Positions 45,056 through 59,900 of a stretch of DNA of 64,000 nt are shown piece after piece. The notes below the pieces were generated by a model that worked only from the letters and a program-made list of their open reading frames with translations, searched no databases and had not been told where the DNA came from. The DNA is from Tubiluchus corallicola (taxonomy: Eukaryota; Animalia; Priapulida). Where the stretch lies: NCBI GenBank assembly GCA_030141605.1, contig JAQGDQ010000033.1, positions 861,214 to 925,213 on the forward strand. The letters run 5' to 3'. Positions within the stretch are counted from its first letter, which is position 1. Every line of letters begins with the position of its first letter. A program made the translations under genes and the position numbers.

Positions 45056-46265
45056 CACTAGAGATACTAGTGCCATCACGCCCAAACTAATACAGCTTAC
45101 TTTTGCCTGTACAATGCCTTTGGTCAGTTTTAAATGTGATACGAGTACTAGCGAAGACAGGTCTAAACTGTATTTTGATACCGAATCACATTTTGCCTTC
45201 ATTGTTGCTTTAAGATATATGAAAAACATACGCACATACACATACTTCATAAAAATCTTGAAGAAATCTCACATCTCTTTAGAAAGAAAAGTGTTGGATT
45301 ACATGATGCATTTTCTCCACCTGCTTAGATTCAGTTGTGATCAACATTATTTATCTTATCATTTTTACTCTCTACATAGCCTTTACTTACTATTACATAC
45401 ATACCAGCATCTAATGCATTACTTTCAGGACATTTTAATATACTTTCACTATAATGACATTCTAGTAATTATAAAGATCTTGATTCTGCACAGGATGTTT
45501 TTGAGAGGCCTTTTGCTTACAAAATCTATTAAGATTTCAAGTGTAATTGAATCAGTTTTCTCAGTATAATAAATAAATACTGTTAATTGGATTTATAAAT
45601 ATAAAAATATTGAATTCAAGTTCTGTTAAAAGGTGAAAAGTTAATTCAGAACACAATAAGTGTAAGCATTCCAGATATTTGGGTTATGCTGTAAGAAAAC
45701 TTCAAGAATTTCTTTATGAATGAAGCAAAGTTAAACAATACTAATACTCACAAGAACCTTGAAACTGGCTACTTAGTTCCGTGAAAAGAATATATCCTTT
45801 TCAGTTTCTATTAATATATTGTATAGTCAATTTCAGTGAATATAATCCGTATAATTTCATGAACGTATCAATTTTACTTAGTCAGTACTTAATCTAGCAA
45901 GCTTAACACCAAAAGAGGTGCATATCAATATTTCTTCAAATATTCCAGACATAACACGAAAATATTATGAATTTTTATTGCTGATTATTTAAAAAACAAA
46001 TTGTGCTTTGTTGTTTAATGACTTAGCCAACCAAACATTAATGTGCAGATATACAGTAAACTGAGGCTATTATCTGCAAACACTGTTTAAGGTTTGCTAA
46101 GGTGAATTAAAAAAATATATTCCAAATTTCATTTCCTGCTTGAGGTACAAATGAGAAATGTGACTATCATAAAAAATTTAAATACTTTGAATATGTAGTA
46201 AGTCAACTAAGTTATTGCATAAGCAATTAGGTAGTTTTAAGGTATCAAGCAAATGTAAAGCTTAC

Positions 46266-48800
46266 CTTTAAGTTCTTCAGGATTCTGATATTCTAGCCCA
46301 GATAAATGAAAATTGAAACTGTTTGAAGAAAAGAGATAAGCTAATAGTGATTTATGGCAGCTCTATGGACTTGTGTAGCTGTAACTGAAAAACATAACAA
46401 TTATAAATAAGCGCCCGCATTTTTTATTTCGTTTCAATTGATTTGTGTTAAATATAGAATGTATACTTCAAGACCAACTTTCATTTTAGGTGATACAAAA
46501 TTATACTTTTTAAAACATTCTCTTCAATCAATTGAAATTCCTATCCAACTTTCTCATTAGTTCTACTGTAGAAATAATTCAAAAAACTCTGCTTTATCAA
46601 ATTAGCTAGTCTAGCATGTTAATTAGTACCAGTAGAGCATTGGATGTTGCATTAGATACACACATCAACTGACTCCTATGAACGTAATTTTGTGCATAAA
46701 TTGACATGGTACTATTGCTATGAATTACAATGAGGAAAAATCTTGGAGGTAATTCATTGTATGTACATGACTAAATTTTTAATAACTCAATTTGAATCAC
46801 TCAAATTTACAAATAAATATTTATGCAACCAGAAATGATTTGCATTGAATTAGCCTACATAATTTCTCATTACCAAATCACCTTTAAATAACAGTGCATA
46901 TCAAGAAAAGTCTCATCAGATTACCTCTAAGTCATAATTCATAGATGCAATATCATATTTAAGTAATAAATGAACAGTGTAAGAAATCCAAGTCAAAAAC
47001 TGCATCCTCGTTTAGCTATACTACTACATATTGGCATATTGAATATTCCAACCTTTTACTTTTATATTTCTCTATCACCTTAATATTAACAACAGAGGCA
47101 AATTCAAAGTGTCTTAAATTTAAAAAAAAAATGTCAAAAAAGGTCCATAAGGAAATAATAAGCAGATCCTTTTTTGGTTAAATCCAGCAATTTTTGTAGA
47201 ACTTAAAATAGTCAATGAAATTAGTTTATTTTGCAAACTGGTTGTTCAAAACGGCAGCATCTAAATACCAATTCTGAATAAAATGAATGGATTTTAAAAT
47301 TCTTCAATGCTTTTAAAATTTTAAATAGAAAATACTGGTAGTTTAAAGCTGGGAAGAAAAGGGAATTTTAAAGTATATCCGAAAGAACTTTACATACAAA
47401 GTTATATTACTTAGTATTATATTTATCTATTTGAAGGACTTATGTAATTGGAAAAGAAAATTCTTAATAATTTAAAATATTCACGCCCCTTGGTAAACGA
47501 TCCTAGTGAGCACCACTGATTCTCCAGAAAACAAATGATTGATCTTACTGACAATAAAAAGTAATTTAAACTATTGCTTAGTTGGGGAAACTGTGCTATG
47601 AATGCTCTGATAATCTTTTTAAACTTTACTGAATGCTATCTAAACTCATTTCAAATAATATACCATTAAAATGGCGGCATGTAATTGTCATTGTGGGAGC
47701 TCACATTCACAAGCTTTATACACAATCTCTAAATTATATGCAACAATTTCAATTCAAGCTTTTTAGGCTTTATTTATGAATGGTGGTGTATTTTAACAAA
47801 TAATATATATGACAATAAAAAGAAATATTATCCATACAGGCTTTTTGAAAATCAATAAAACATAAAATGCAGTTTATGAATGTTCTAGATTCTAGAATTT
47901 AGAAGAAAACAATAATCAGGTGCAAGCTTTGCCTTAGTGATGGCTGGAATTATGTAAAGTGCTTAAGAACATTATATTTATATTCAATGAACAAGCTTCT
48001 ATTGAAATACCATTTAATACAGAGAATAAAACTTCTCTTTTAATACTACAGATGATGTTGCCTCCAACATATAATTATTACACCAAACAAATAATAATTA
48101 CAAAATTATCAATTTTTATAGTGCTGTTATGATTGCGTATGAAATTTCAGACTTACACAGAAAAGTAGGTTAAACAGACCCCAAGCTTACCTTTTTCTGA
48201 ATACGTTTTTCCTGAATAGGTTAGCTGCAGTTATTTTAAGGAGTATTATCTTTATGCTGTTACTGATCTAGAACAGGAAGACAAAAAAATGTCCGAGACT
48301 CTGGGTCAGTAGTGTCATTCTAATTAATCAGTGGTGATCTGTTTTTACAACAAATATGAAGCGAAGTTCTATGACACATGCTTACTAAGAACCCCAAACT
48401 GTTCTTAACTCTTACAAAAGTTTTAATACAAACATAAGTTCAATAATGATGTTATAATGTTACAAGAAATCTCCGAGACTCGTCGACGTACAGTATACGG
48501 TACAGCACGTAACCATGTTGTTCCGCCAGATGGGTGGGTTTTAAGTAAACCCCTTAGAAATTCAAATGACTTTTTCATAGTTCCCAAATAGATTCTACAA
48601 AAACATAAGAAGGTTTATTTTCTGTATAAGTCATAGACTTCCTATACGTACCTTTCGCCGAGAAACAATCAACATGTGAGATAAAATATGCTCCCAAATT
48701 ATGAAAATTTCTTTGTTGGGGCGCTGATAATTTCGATGGTGCGCAAACTACTGTACAAAGACGGAATCAGCGCCTCCTATTGAGCATGCGCAAAATTAAC
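46266..48800 (-). promoter_or_regulatory. Putative 5' UTR exons and promoter of the zinc-finger gene
   Basis: Minus-strand AG|gtaag donors at 46266 and 48191 and AG|gtacgt at 48652; CpG-richer patch at 48650-48800 with NRF1-like TGAGCATGCGCA at 48781-48792. Confidence 0.35.
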
Positions 48801-50962
48801 TCTACAGCATGTCAAACCTGTAAACCCAAGGTGGATCTCATGAAGCCAAACAATTTATTTAGAACAAGTGATACAGATGAGCAATTCTGAAACATTTTTT
48901 GTCATGAGTATTTTTAATAATACGTATTGTGAACTGCTTTATATTTCATAATTTTGTTACTAAACTTGTACACCTAAAAGACATGAAAACATAGCCCCTA
49001 TAAAAATAAAATCTAATTTTGCTGTATACAGATTTCTAACAATATGATTAGAATTTCTGCCTTTTTTCAGTAATAACAACCAATAAGATTGGCTGGCAAG
49101 TTGACAGTGACAACTGCCAGTGTTTGTAGTATCTATCTTATGCCTAGCACTTTACAATTTGTTTGAATAGAATATTTATAGCACTATTATCAAAGCCTAA
49201 ACAACAACATTTAATTATACAAATGTAAATCTGAGTAATAATGTTGAGTAAAGCCTACGCTAAGCTATTACTGGTACTTTTTTTTAATTTGGCGGGCACT
49301 AAAATTATGATATTATATACTGGCACAATAAAACTGAATATTTTATTTAATTCTTTAGGAAGAGAAAAAAATTATACTTCCACATAGTTTTAAGATAATT
49401 TATATAAATTAAACTTTTGTGTAGTTATTTATTTAAGTTGTATCTGACAGTGAGCTAGCTTTTTTTTTTAAATTATAGTTTAAAGAAAGCCGGTAAACTA
49501 TGTACTAGACTTGGAAATGTTTGTAACCCACATGCAAGTTTAAAACAGAATATAAATGGATGGCAAAAGACACCATTATTTGAATAAATAATATTATTAT
49601 ATTAACTTCATCGAATTTATACAGTATTACAGTCATGTAGTATAAATATTATAAGCCTAGATGATATCAATTTACTCATTAAAAGATGAACCACATACAA
49701 GTCATTAACAGTATGATAAAAAGTAGGAGCTCATTACATGAACTTATATGACGCATTAATATAGCTGTACTGAGAATGTTCTTCAAAGAAATCATCTTTT
49801 TTAATGCAAGAAGTTAATTATGTTAATTAGAAAACTTTTAAATGCAAGTACTTTGTATTACACACTGATTAATGACTATCACATCATAATCATATATACA
49901 ATTTAGAGCTAACTCAGCTAGTACTTAAGTGTAGAACAGTTTCAAGTGATATTACATATTTGTTCATAGCAGTGCAAACTGTAAAATGACTAAAACACCT
50001 ACATGTAACCGCAATGTCAGCCAGTGTTAGCCCACATTTAAATGGCTGATGGGTAAGCTCTTAACATCTGTAACAGCCAAGAATACTAATTAACGGCCTC
50101 AAGAAAAAAAAACAGTCTGAATAAAATGGTAATAACAAACTAATAATAGCATTTTGAAATGAAACATGTGAAAACTAGATTTAGTAATGAAATATCAATT
50201 AAAAAAATGAAAAGCAAGTTCTCCAAAATGACAACAAAATTTTAATACAAGTGTATAAACTGTAAACCTTGAATTCAAATGAAGTCACAAAACTTTAATT
50301 AATAATATCAATTAACAAATTTTACCAATAAAGCAATAATACAATATTCAATTAAATTAACGTATTAGAAGATAAATAATGAAGTTAAATACTGATGTAA
50401 AAAATATACTTCCATGTCCTACAGCTATTCTAATTAATTTATTCACTTCAATTGCTAAAATGTTTAATAATTCTGTTCGTCACACCAAAAGATTGAAGAA
50501 GCAACCAAACTGCATAGAAATTACACACCTCCTATAGCTTTCAAATTATAATTTGGTTAAACACTTAACAAAATAAACCACAGCAAAAAAAAACTTGTCA
50601 TAATAGATCATTGTTGAATAAAGACACGAAAATTCTATTTTCGAATATAAAGATCAAATTAATTGTTTTTAATTAGTTTTAACATTGTCATACTATGGAT
50701 CTAATTTTAGGGACTCACTGTTAAAAGCCACGTTTTTTATGCAGTTATTTACCCAAAACCACAACTGACTTACTAATATTGATTAATCACATTACTTCAG
50801 CAATGCGCATCACATTGCAATGTCATTTTATTCATGGTAGGCATACTATAAACTGTTGTGCAGTAGAAGTAAAATAAAACTTTGCTCCACTAGAAATTTA
50901 CGGTCTAACGTATTAACATGAAATGTTTCAGCTAGTCCAAACACTGTGCAACTAGTGTACCT

Positions 50963-53900
50963 TTAAACAAAGAAGTTTTTAATAATCTTCTGAATAGGCC
51001 TTCTACAAACAGGACATGGTTTTCCTCGCCTCCTTAACTTTTTTGCACATTTGTAGCAAGACACTTGGTGCCCTGTATGTCCATGGACAATACTGGCATC
51101 TTTCGGACGGGTAGTGCAAATCAGGCAGGTAACACAACCAGTAACAGGTTGAGGAGCATTTGTATTTGACTGAGTACTAGACTGCCTTTGTCGCCTACTC
51201 CTCCTGCCTTCTTGAGATGTTCCTGGTATTGCGATACCACTATCTTGACTACTAGACAATGTCAGCATATCGGCATTTTGATCGGTCCTTTGAGAATCTG
51301 CTTGCCTTTGTAGGTCTCTGACATTTTGCGACATAACAGAAACAGTTATGCCACTGTCTTGACTACTAGATGCTGAAGGCATAATAATATCCTGATGCAA
51401 AGGTTGCAAACTCTCTACTGATTGTGCTTGATTAGCACCGTTACTAGATAAATTAGGAACAAACTCTTTTTGTGTTGGAGTACTAATGCTTTCACACTCT
51501 GACACGAGTTCTCTTAAAACTGATTTCACAGCTTCAGTGTCTCCATAGTTTGACACTTTATAACTGTCTTCACGACTTTTTAAAAAGCTTGTACTTGTGG
51601 TTCCTTCGCTTATCAACACACAACTCATGCTCTTACAAGAATGTACATCTGCTGCACCAGTAACTATGTTGGAAAATCTGCTATCTGCTGTTTCTTCACT
51701 ACTGGACACAGCCGCCGGTGCAGAGATGGAACGACGATAACCAACGTTGAGCTTGATTCGCCGGTGATGCATGCTGGGAAGCCAGTCCTGCCTCAACTTC
51801 CAACACCTTCCGCAGTACCGAATTCCTGGTTTGTTTAATGTTTTGCACTCTCTACACCTCCACTTATCCTGTAAAGCAAATGAAATGGCAAAACATTAGT
51901 AACTTTTAAATGATAAACCACAATGTCAGCTTCTTAATTGCCAATTCTGGTTTACGAATTTACTCACTAACATAATAAAAAAAGATTATCATTATCAGTG
52001 ATCATCTTGCATTTGACCATCAACACAAAAACTTCTATGCTTTCAAGCACACATTACACCTAACAACACAAGAAATAATAATTTGTAATTCACTAACATC
52101 CAAGCACATGAATTTAGCACCTACATTGGCACACACAAACTTACTGATTTTTGATTTCTGGAATTGTAATCACCATCAAATATCTAATTTCACTCCATTA
52201 TGTTCAAACTACACACAGTAAGACAGTTTTCTTACATTAATAACTGGCAACCAAGCAAAAAGTATTAAGCAACCCAACTTTTTCTAAGGTGATAAATGAT
52301 CCCGTGTTGCTTGGTGATATAAATCACGATTTGTTGAATACGCATTGAGGCTATTCTCACTATTGGCCCTGACTCAAAGCAGTAGGAACTGACACACAAC
52401 CAACTGTAACATACATAAGTGGAGATGTGCTTGATTCATGTGCCAGTCAGACTATGTCTATGTTTGGAATTTTTAATAACAACGACGACAAAAAACTAAG
52501 ATAATGCATAGGAACATCAAAAGTGAAGATTTCCTCATAATTTTGCATCAACTGCCAGGTATGTTTGTGGGTAAATTATAGGTGTTAACCATGAGACTCC
52601 GATAACTCAATGCGTTAAATGTTGATAAAAACGACTTTCTAAATATGTTTAATTAAAATATTGCACTTGCACTGCTCCTTGAAAAGTGCACTTCGCATTC
52701 AGATGTTCAAGCCATGGTGAGTACAACTGGAAATCATTTAACAAAACTTCATAAGGAACATTTAGGGTCTAACTGAGTCATGTTTACCACACTAAGGTCG
52801 TCAAATTTCATTTTCCCATTTAACCTTGCAAGCCTACGAGATTTCAAATCCCACTAATGCCAGAATGACAACACACTCAGATAATACCCATGTGAAATTG
52901 ATACCGATTATCAAAGTTTACCCTTACACTGCAGACACAGCATTGGGAATGTAGATTTTTTTTATAAATTTTATTATTGCACATAATTCCCCTTTAAAAG
53001 TGAAATTACTGGAAATAAACACACTTGTGTTGTTTGACAAAATTATGTAAGCTGATATTTACTGGTTTTATGCAGACAATTCCAAACTTTATCAGCGAGC
53101 ACATAGCACTCTAAGGATGATGTAAGGGCCACAAATAATTCAGAGTTACGATTTGGTTAACTGTCAACTTCAATGGTTGTGACAAAATATTTTGCTATTG
53201 CAATTTTTGTTGAGACAAATCTTTTATGGTGTTAAAATGAACAACGTTAGCAATGTAAGATATGCATTTAAACAACAGCCCTGCTAGTTTACATAATCAG
53301 AAGCAGTTGGACCAAGTCATGGATTTATCAAATGGAGGTGTACCAACCCACGGTGACGATTCCTTGTACGATGATTCCGATAGTTCCCTGGTTGTCTATA
53401 TGATGTACCACCAGCTTTTCTGGCAACAGAAGGAAGAGAATATAATGTGCAGCGGAATTGTAAAAATGAAAGATTATATTATATTCGATTCTCCATTTAG
53501 GTGTTTCTACGATTTCTAATAATTATCATTAAAATGACAATATTGTGGCTTGCATCAAAACAAGGAATAAATAAATAACGACGTAACGCAACCTTTAAAA
53601 AATTGCAAAGTTACAAATCATATTTGGTAAATTGAAAATAATTATAATTTTTTCTACAAGTTGCCATGCTGCAAGCTGAAATCTAACACTCAAAGGCAAG
53701 GCTACTCGATGTTTGTGGCACGACAAGAGCCTGGCTCATTATCAAGGATATCCCTGTAAGATAAGCTACTGAACCAGGACAGATGTTTCAGCCATGTTGG
53801 GATAACCTCCCTCTACGAGATAAACAGAAACGTTTACGTTTTATATCACCCACAGCGAGTATCGAACCCACAGCGGCCACATGCTACTCATGTGAAGTGA

Positions 53901-56900
53901 AATGTTACACAACTCACCAGGTGCCCTCAAGATATGTTAACCAACTGGCTTTAACTTTAATTTCAATTTTAAGGGTATTTTACTCTCACTTAAAAATCTA
54001 GTTAGGCGAGCTGCACAAAATATTTGTTTTGATAATAGTCACCAATATTGGTAAAATGATTGTTGTTACAGCAAAGATGCTCAGTTACAACACAATTTAG
54101 CAGAACTTGGTACACACTGAAAAAAACTCAATAAACACTAGTCACTCACACACGTTAAACATACAAACATTTTCTTTCATTCACTATATGAAAAAAAAAC
54201 ATTAAGAGGTTAATATTTTAGTGATGATAACATTAAAAGAGATTGAAAAAAATAAATAAATTTTATTGAAATGAGCAAAAAAATAACATTTGAACAAATA
54301 GTTTCATTTGAAATATAACTATTGCAAATATATTACTGGTACCTATATGAACAAATTTAGAACCTGCATTGACATCAACAGAAAATTGTTTATGATGCAA
54401 CTTACATCTTCGGATAATTCAGGATCAGATGAGTCGGAGTCAGAAGCAGAGTAATCAGCTAAATAAAATTCATCTTCCGACTTTTCACTTATGAAAACAT
54501 GGGCTTCAACAATGGCCTGGAAAATGAGATTCTTTCTGTAAATTATCAAGTAATGAAAAGTGCGTCAATGAAAAATATGAGAATGTTTTAATGAAAGTAA
54601 ACCTGTATCTTGATTAGGTACACCTACAGTGAGCTGAGCTGTGAAATTGTCAAAATTACCTGAAATGAATGTTGGAAATTAGCTTATTTGCTTTCTTTGT
54701 TTATTTTATATTATAACCAAGTCTGTCATTTTGATGTTCTGGCACTTAAAATTAATTTAGTCAAAGTAGTTCTATATGGTGTTTTAAATATTGTTATATT
54801 CATTTTTCATTTGTTCTAGTTGCAAAATGCTTGCATTTGACAGTATTACATGAAACTTGTGAAGTCATTTATACAAGAATTCCCTCTACCCATTCAGTGT
54901 GCTTGTGTCACAGCCCAGTAGTGGCAGAACGTTAGTTTCATTTTCATATTTGATTAATCGGATACAAAACACCTCGATAAACAATTATAATCAGTTTATT
55001 AAGTTCAATGCTGTGGAATGCCATTTTCTGCCATTTTGCAAGCGCGGCACATGCAAAAACTACATGCTTATGCTTAAGAAAAACCCTCACATCTAAGGAG
55101 CATCGCTACTATAACCAAAGCAAATTTAGGCATAAACAAAAAAGTAAAGCCAGCTAGTCAATAATTTTATTGTGATATCCTTCTAGTAGCAAATAGCAGT
55201 AGTACACTACTCATAAGGCAATGTGACTAAAAGGCTGACAAATTTTGATATTCAAAGGCACTAAACCTGTTGGCTTAATCCTTCAATTCCAGAGTTAAAA
55301 GATCAAATGCTCATGCAGTTGTAAATCTCAATAATGAATACGCTGCAGACCAATTCTACTCATATAGACCAATAACTGCATGAGTGCTCATTCTGTTGTT
55401 ACGGAACACAAATATATCAGCTATTTTAAAAATCAACATAACAAGTGCAAACTAAAAAAATTGAGAAGCATGTTGGAATTTTCAAAAACAAGTAAACATT
55501 TTAGGCCAAATTAATAAGAACATCTCTGCTTACACATGTAAATATGCCTGTTCTATACAAGATAGAGAACAATCATATGAGGGCATTATCTACATCCAGC
55601 AAAGTGAACTTAACTGTGTATTTTTTACAGTGAATATGGTACTCATTACTGAAAAATTCATTTAGAAGAAGAGTATAATTTACTTCTTCATCAGATGTAC
55701 ACTCAGAAGAATTCACACTGGCACTGTCACTTTCCGATGACTCAATTTCATATTCTACTGAGAAGTGATCATCGTCTAGTTGAAGAGTACTTAGAGTTGT
55801 AGCAGCATCTACATCACTCCCAACATACCAAATATCCTCATCATTATCTGTGTCTTGAACAAGAGCTGTCTCACAATCCTACAATAAATCATTTCAAAAT
55901 GAAAAATAATTTAATGTACTATCAGCAGAACATACCCAGTGGATTTGGTTATCCTACATCAGACTGGGTAAACTGGTATAGTACTCCACTAAAAGGAACT
56001 ACTAAAAGGAAAACGTTTTCTCGTGGCATGCATTAAATTGAGCAATAAGCAAGGTGCAAATTTAATGCCAATCTACACAGAAATGCTTGCTAAATTTGCA
56101 ACCTGAATTAAGGATTATCCAGATATAAAGAAATACTAGCCCTTTATTACAAGATCATGTGTCAAAGAGAAAGTGTTTTTGGTCTTAGGACTAACTGCCA
56201 AACTATAAATACTAATCTTCATGCAGAATCAAAGAACATTCGACCCTGTCTAGTGTTTACACAAGTAGCAGACTTGCATACCCCTTTCCTTATGCATGTC
56301 ATGTACCTGATTGTTAAGATTCAAAGGCAGCAATGAAATTGAAAGAATTTTTATTCCCAAATAAAACTGTGTATTTTAACTGACTACAATTGAATTAAAC
56401 ATTCAAATATTACAAGTTAAGGACATGAACAATGTTCACTGAACATACGAGTTACAAAAATTAGTGTTTTGTCAAGCAGGACATATGCTGTTCTTCTCAC
56501 CCTTGTCTGCCAGACTTCTTAATTACTTATATTGCATTCTTTATCCATGAGTTTAGTTTAGCGTATGTATTAAATCTCTGGGGAATATAAAAATCTAAAT
56601 TATCTTTTCCAGTGTTCAACTAAAAGCCCATTTATTGCTATTTTTATTCGGGACCTGAAATAGGCCATTTTAAATTTCAATATTGAATTTCATTGGGGTA
56701 ATTAACCTCTTCGTAAAGAAATCATGTATTGGTAGCTCGGGTTTTATATGTCACCCCTATAGTTTGGTCTGCCACATGCTTCCAATAGATACAGATAATT
56801 AATCGATGCTGGTTTGCTAACGCTGAATTACAGTTGTTCAAATGTGCAACTAACTATTCAAATAAGCAATTTACTCATGACCAACACTAATGTGCTTGAG

Positions 56901-59900
56901 TGTAGGCTGACATTTGTTTTCAATAAACTGACGTGCAAATTCATAAAAGCCAATCAGACGTTATTTAACCTATTTTACTGTTTTTTACACCAAATGCTGA
57001 TGTCTGTCTGTGACAGACTACTACTTCATGATGTCCAAAGTCAAAAAATTCATGTTTGAGTAGCTTTATTAAGTTTTATCTGTAAGAAAAATCATAACAA
57101 AATATAACAAGCTAATTTGAGCCAAAAAAGAAACAAAGAAATTAATAATAAAGTGAGACCGAGTAATAAAATAAACATACATCATGGCTCTACTACTCTT
57201 GACAAATAAATGGTTTAACTGAGGCAAACAACAACAACAACTCTCTCAGCCTGCCAACAAGCCAGGTAAACTAGCTCTGTTAGTAGAGCATGACAAAAAG
57301 AAGCCAAGTCAAGACATACATACGAATGCAGTTATAAAGGACAATATAAGGGGCTTACAGAATGAGAGAAGACTGAAGTAGTAAAATAACCTAAAATCCT
57401 TTACACTGCCCCTTTAAATGCGACTTTAATTACAGGAGCATTTACCAAAATAATTGAGTTTACAACAGAAATTAGATGTGTCGTTCAATTAAACATAATT
57501 GAATAATATGTCGTCTTAGAATGCCAGAAGCTGTCTTCAATGTTGCAAACCGCACCAAACCATCTTCCTCCGGACTGGCTACCACTACTTTGCCTAGAGC
57601 CCAGCTGCTTCGCGGAGTCTGGATGTCTTTAATTAAGACGATGTCACCTTCTTGGATGTTTTTCTTGGCTCTGTTCCATTTAGACCTTTGCTGGAGCATA
57701 ACTATATATTCCTTCCTCCACCTTTGCCAAAATATGTTGGCCATGCGTTGAATGTGGCGCCATCTTCTTGTGTATACATCACAGTCGGTTAATTTTCCAG
57801 GTGGTAGAGTAGGACCACTGCGCAGCAACAGCAAGTGATTAGGAGACAGAGGTTCGCAATCGCGAATGTCATCTGAAACTACAGAAATCGGACGACTATT
57901 CAGGATATTCTCAACCTGACAAAAATATGTGTGTAGTGCTTCATCATCTATGGTGTGCTTGTCCATGATAAAGGTAAGTTCATTTTACGCTCTTTCTTAG
58001 GTGCTCCCAAACTCCTCCAGTATGTGGAGACTGAGGAGCATTAAATTGCCATTCGATTCCCTTTTTTGTAATGTCTTGGAAATGTCCTCATTGTTCCACT
58101 GCTCGATCGATCTCTTTAGTTCGCGATCTGCTCTAGTTAAATTAGTGCCACAATCATCGCAGCATCTTGAGCTCGCCTTTATGATAAACAAATACATTAA
58201 TTAAGGAGTCACTTTCCATTGTATATAGAATTTTCAGATGGACTGCTCTGGTAGCTAAGCAGGTGAATATAAGACTATACCGTTTGACATATGTTCTTGC
58301 TCTTTTGACATGATAAGGTCCAAAACAATCCAAACCAGAAAATTCAAAAGCAGCAGAGTCTTGCACCCTTTCGTCTGGTAAATCAGACATTTTCTGTTGC
58401 ATCATTTTACCAAGTTTTCTTCTGCAAAGTCTGCACTCTCGTATTAGTCTCTTCATCATGACTCTCAAACCGATTACCCAATATCTGGATCTCACCAACA
58501 AAATAACATGCTCCTTACCAGCATGACCGTAAGCCTCATGATAATGAAGCACAATTAATTCTGCAAAATGATGTTTTGGCAACAAGTCAGACAAAACCGG
58601 GTCAAGCTTATATAGGCAACTGGATTTGGCTACAAGTTGTCCTGATAAGAAAGCTTCATACTCATTAGTAAAGTAGAGCTTTTGCAGAGTCCTTACAACT
58701 TCATTATGTGCGTCGTTTATCTCCGACATTGACACGTTTGGAGAAAGAAGTAGAGTCTTGTTGGTGACCTTGGCCTGTAAGATGTGTTTGAATCGCAGCA
58801 TCCAAGCGACTGCCCTGGAGAATTTGTATGATGGTGAGAAGTGAACCAACATTTTGTCTATTGGGTTCAACATGTCATGGCCAGATTGCACTAAATTGAC
58901 TTCTACAGATTTCTTTACCTCGCTGTCATTTTTAAGGAGATCTAAGCTGGGCCACTCACTCGCGTATTTCAGAAGAAAGCTTGGTCCATTAATATGTATT
59001 GACAATAGTGCCTTCATTTTCAGCTTTGGACTGGGTAGAATTATTAGGCCCCCTTTAATAAACAGTGCCGGGTAATTACCGGGCACAAAAGGTTAATAAA
59101 TCTTTACAATGGTACGAAATAATTTGTATAATGAAGCTGCAAGTTAAATATAAAGGATTCAGGACTCAAAATTGACTTATATCTACAAAGAAACATTTTA
59201 TTGCTGACCAGTTGCAAAAATTGCAGGAGGATATTTTAAAAACTTCGGTGTCATTTTTTCCAAACATTTCATATTTTTTTGTGTAAACATTGTTTAATAC
59301 ACTTCAGCATTAATATCTATCAGTGATCTACACTTAATGGCAGAACCTACTTAATATAAATAATTGTTGTACTACTAGAATGCAACTCATTGTTTCCTCT
59401 TTTTCATGATTCTGAAGTAAACCAAAGCATTTAATTCAGTTTATTTGATAAGTATTACACTAATGTTTAACATGTATTTATTGGAACATTATATCTGATG
59501 CATTATTGCATATTACAAATGTGATACCTATTCAACTTATTGACGAATCTTATGTGCTGACAGCAATTGAATTTGAAGTTTGATATTCATATTAATTTTT
59601 TGCATAATATAGTTTTTGTAGTTGTTTTGAACCAGAACTCTAGTTCTAGTAGTAAGCTATTGATGTGTTAAAGACAAAAAAGGGGCACCAGAATTTCGGA
59701 AAAATCGCCTTAAAAAATTATATTATTTTATAGAAATTTTATGCATATATCGTACTCACGTTGAAAGTATTTTTTGCTTGTTTTGATTTTAAATCTCCCG
59801 CAATACTGTTCTGACCGTGCCATTACATGATGTCGTATACACACAACGTAAATCAGGGGAAGAAAGGACGTGTTAAACTATGTAGCAAAATACAGTCCAT

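Noticed and set aside
44528-45569. 158-aa and 237-aa ORFs
   Set aside because: They span a microsatellite-bearing non-autonomous element and tandem repeat in the zinc-finger 5' intron; composition is non-protein-like.
56408-56430. p53 response element in an MDM2 intron
   Set aside because: Both half-sites deviate from RRRCWWGYYY at several positions; the expected feedback element would be near the 5' end, outside the window.
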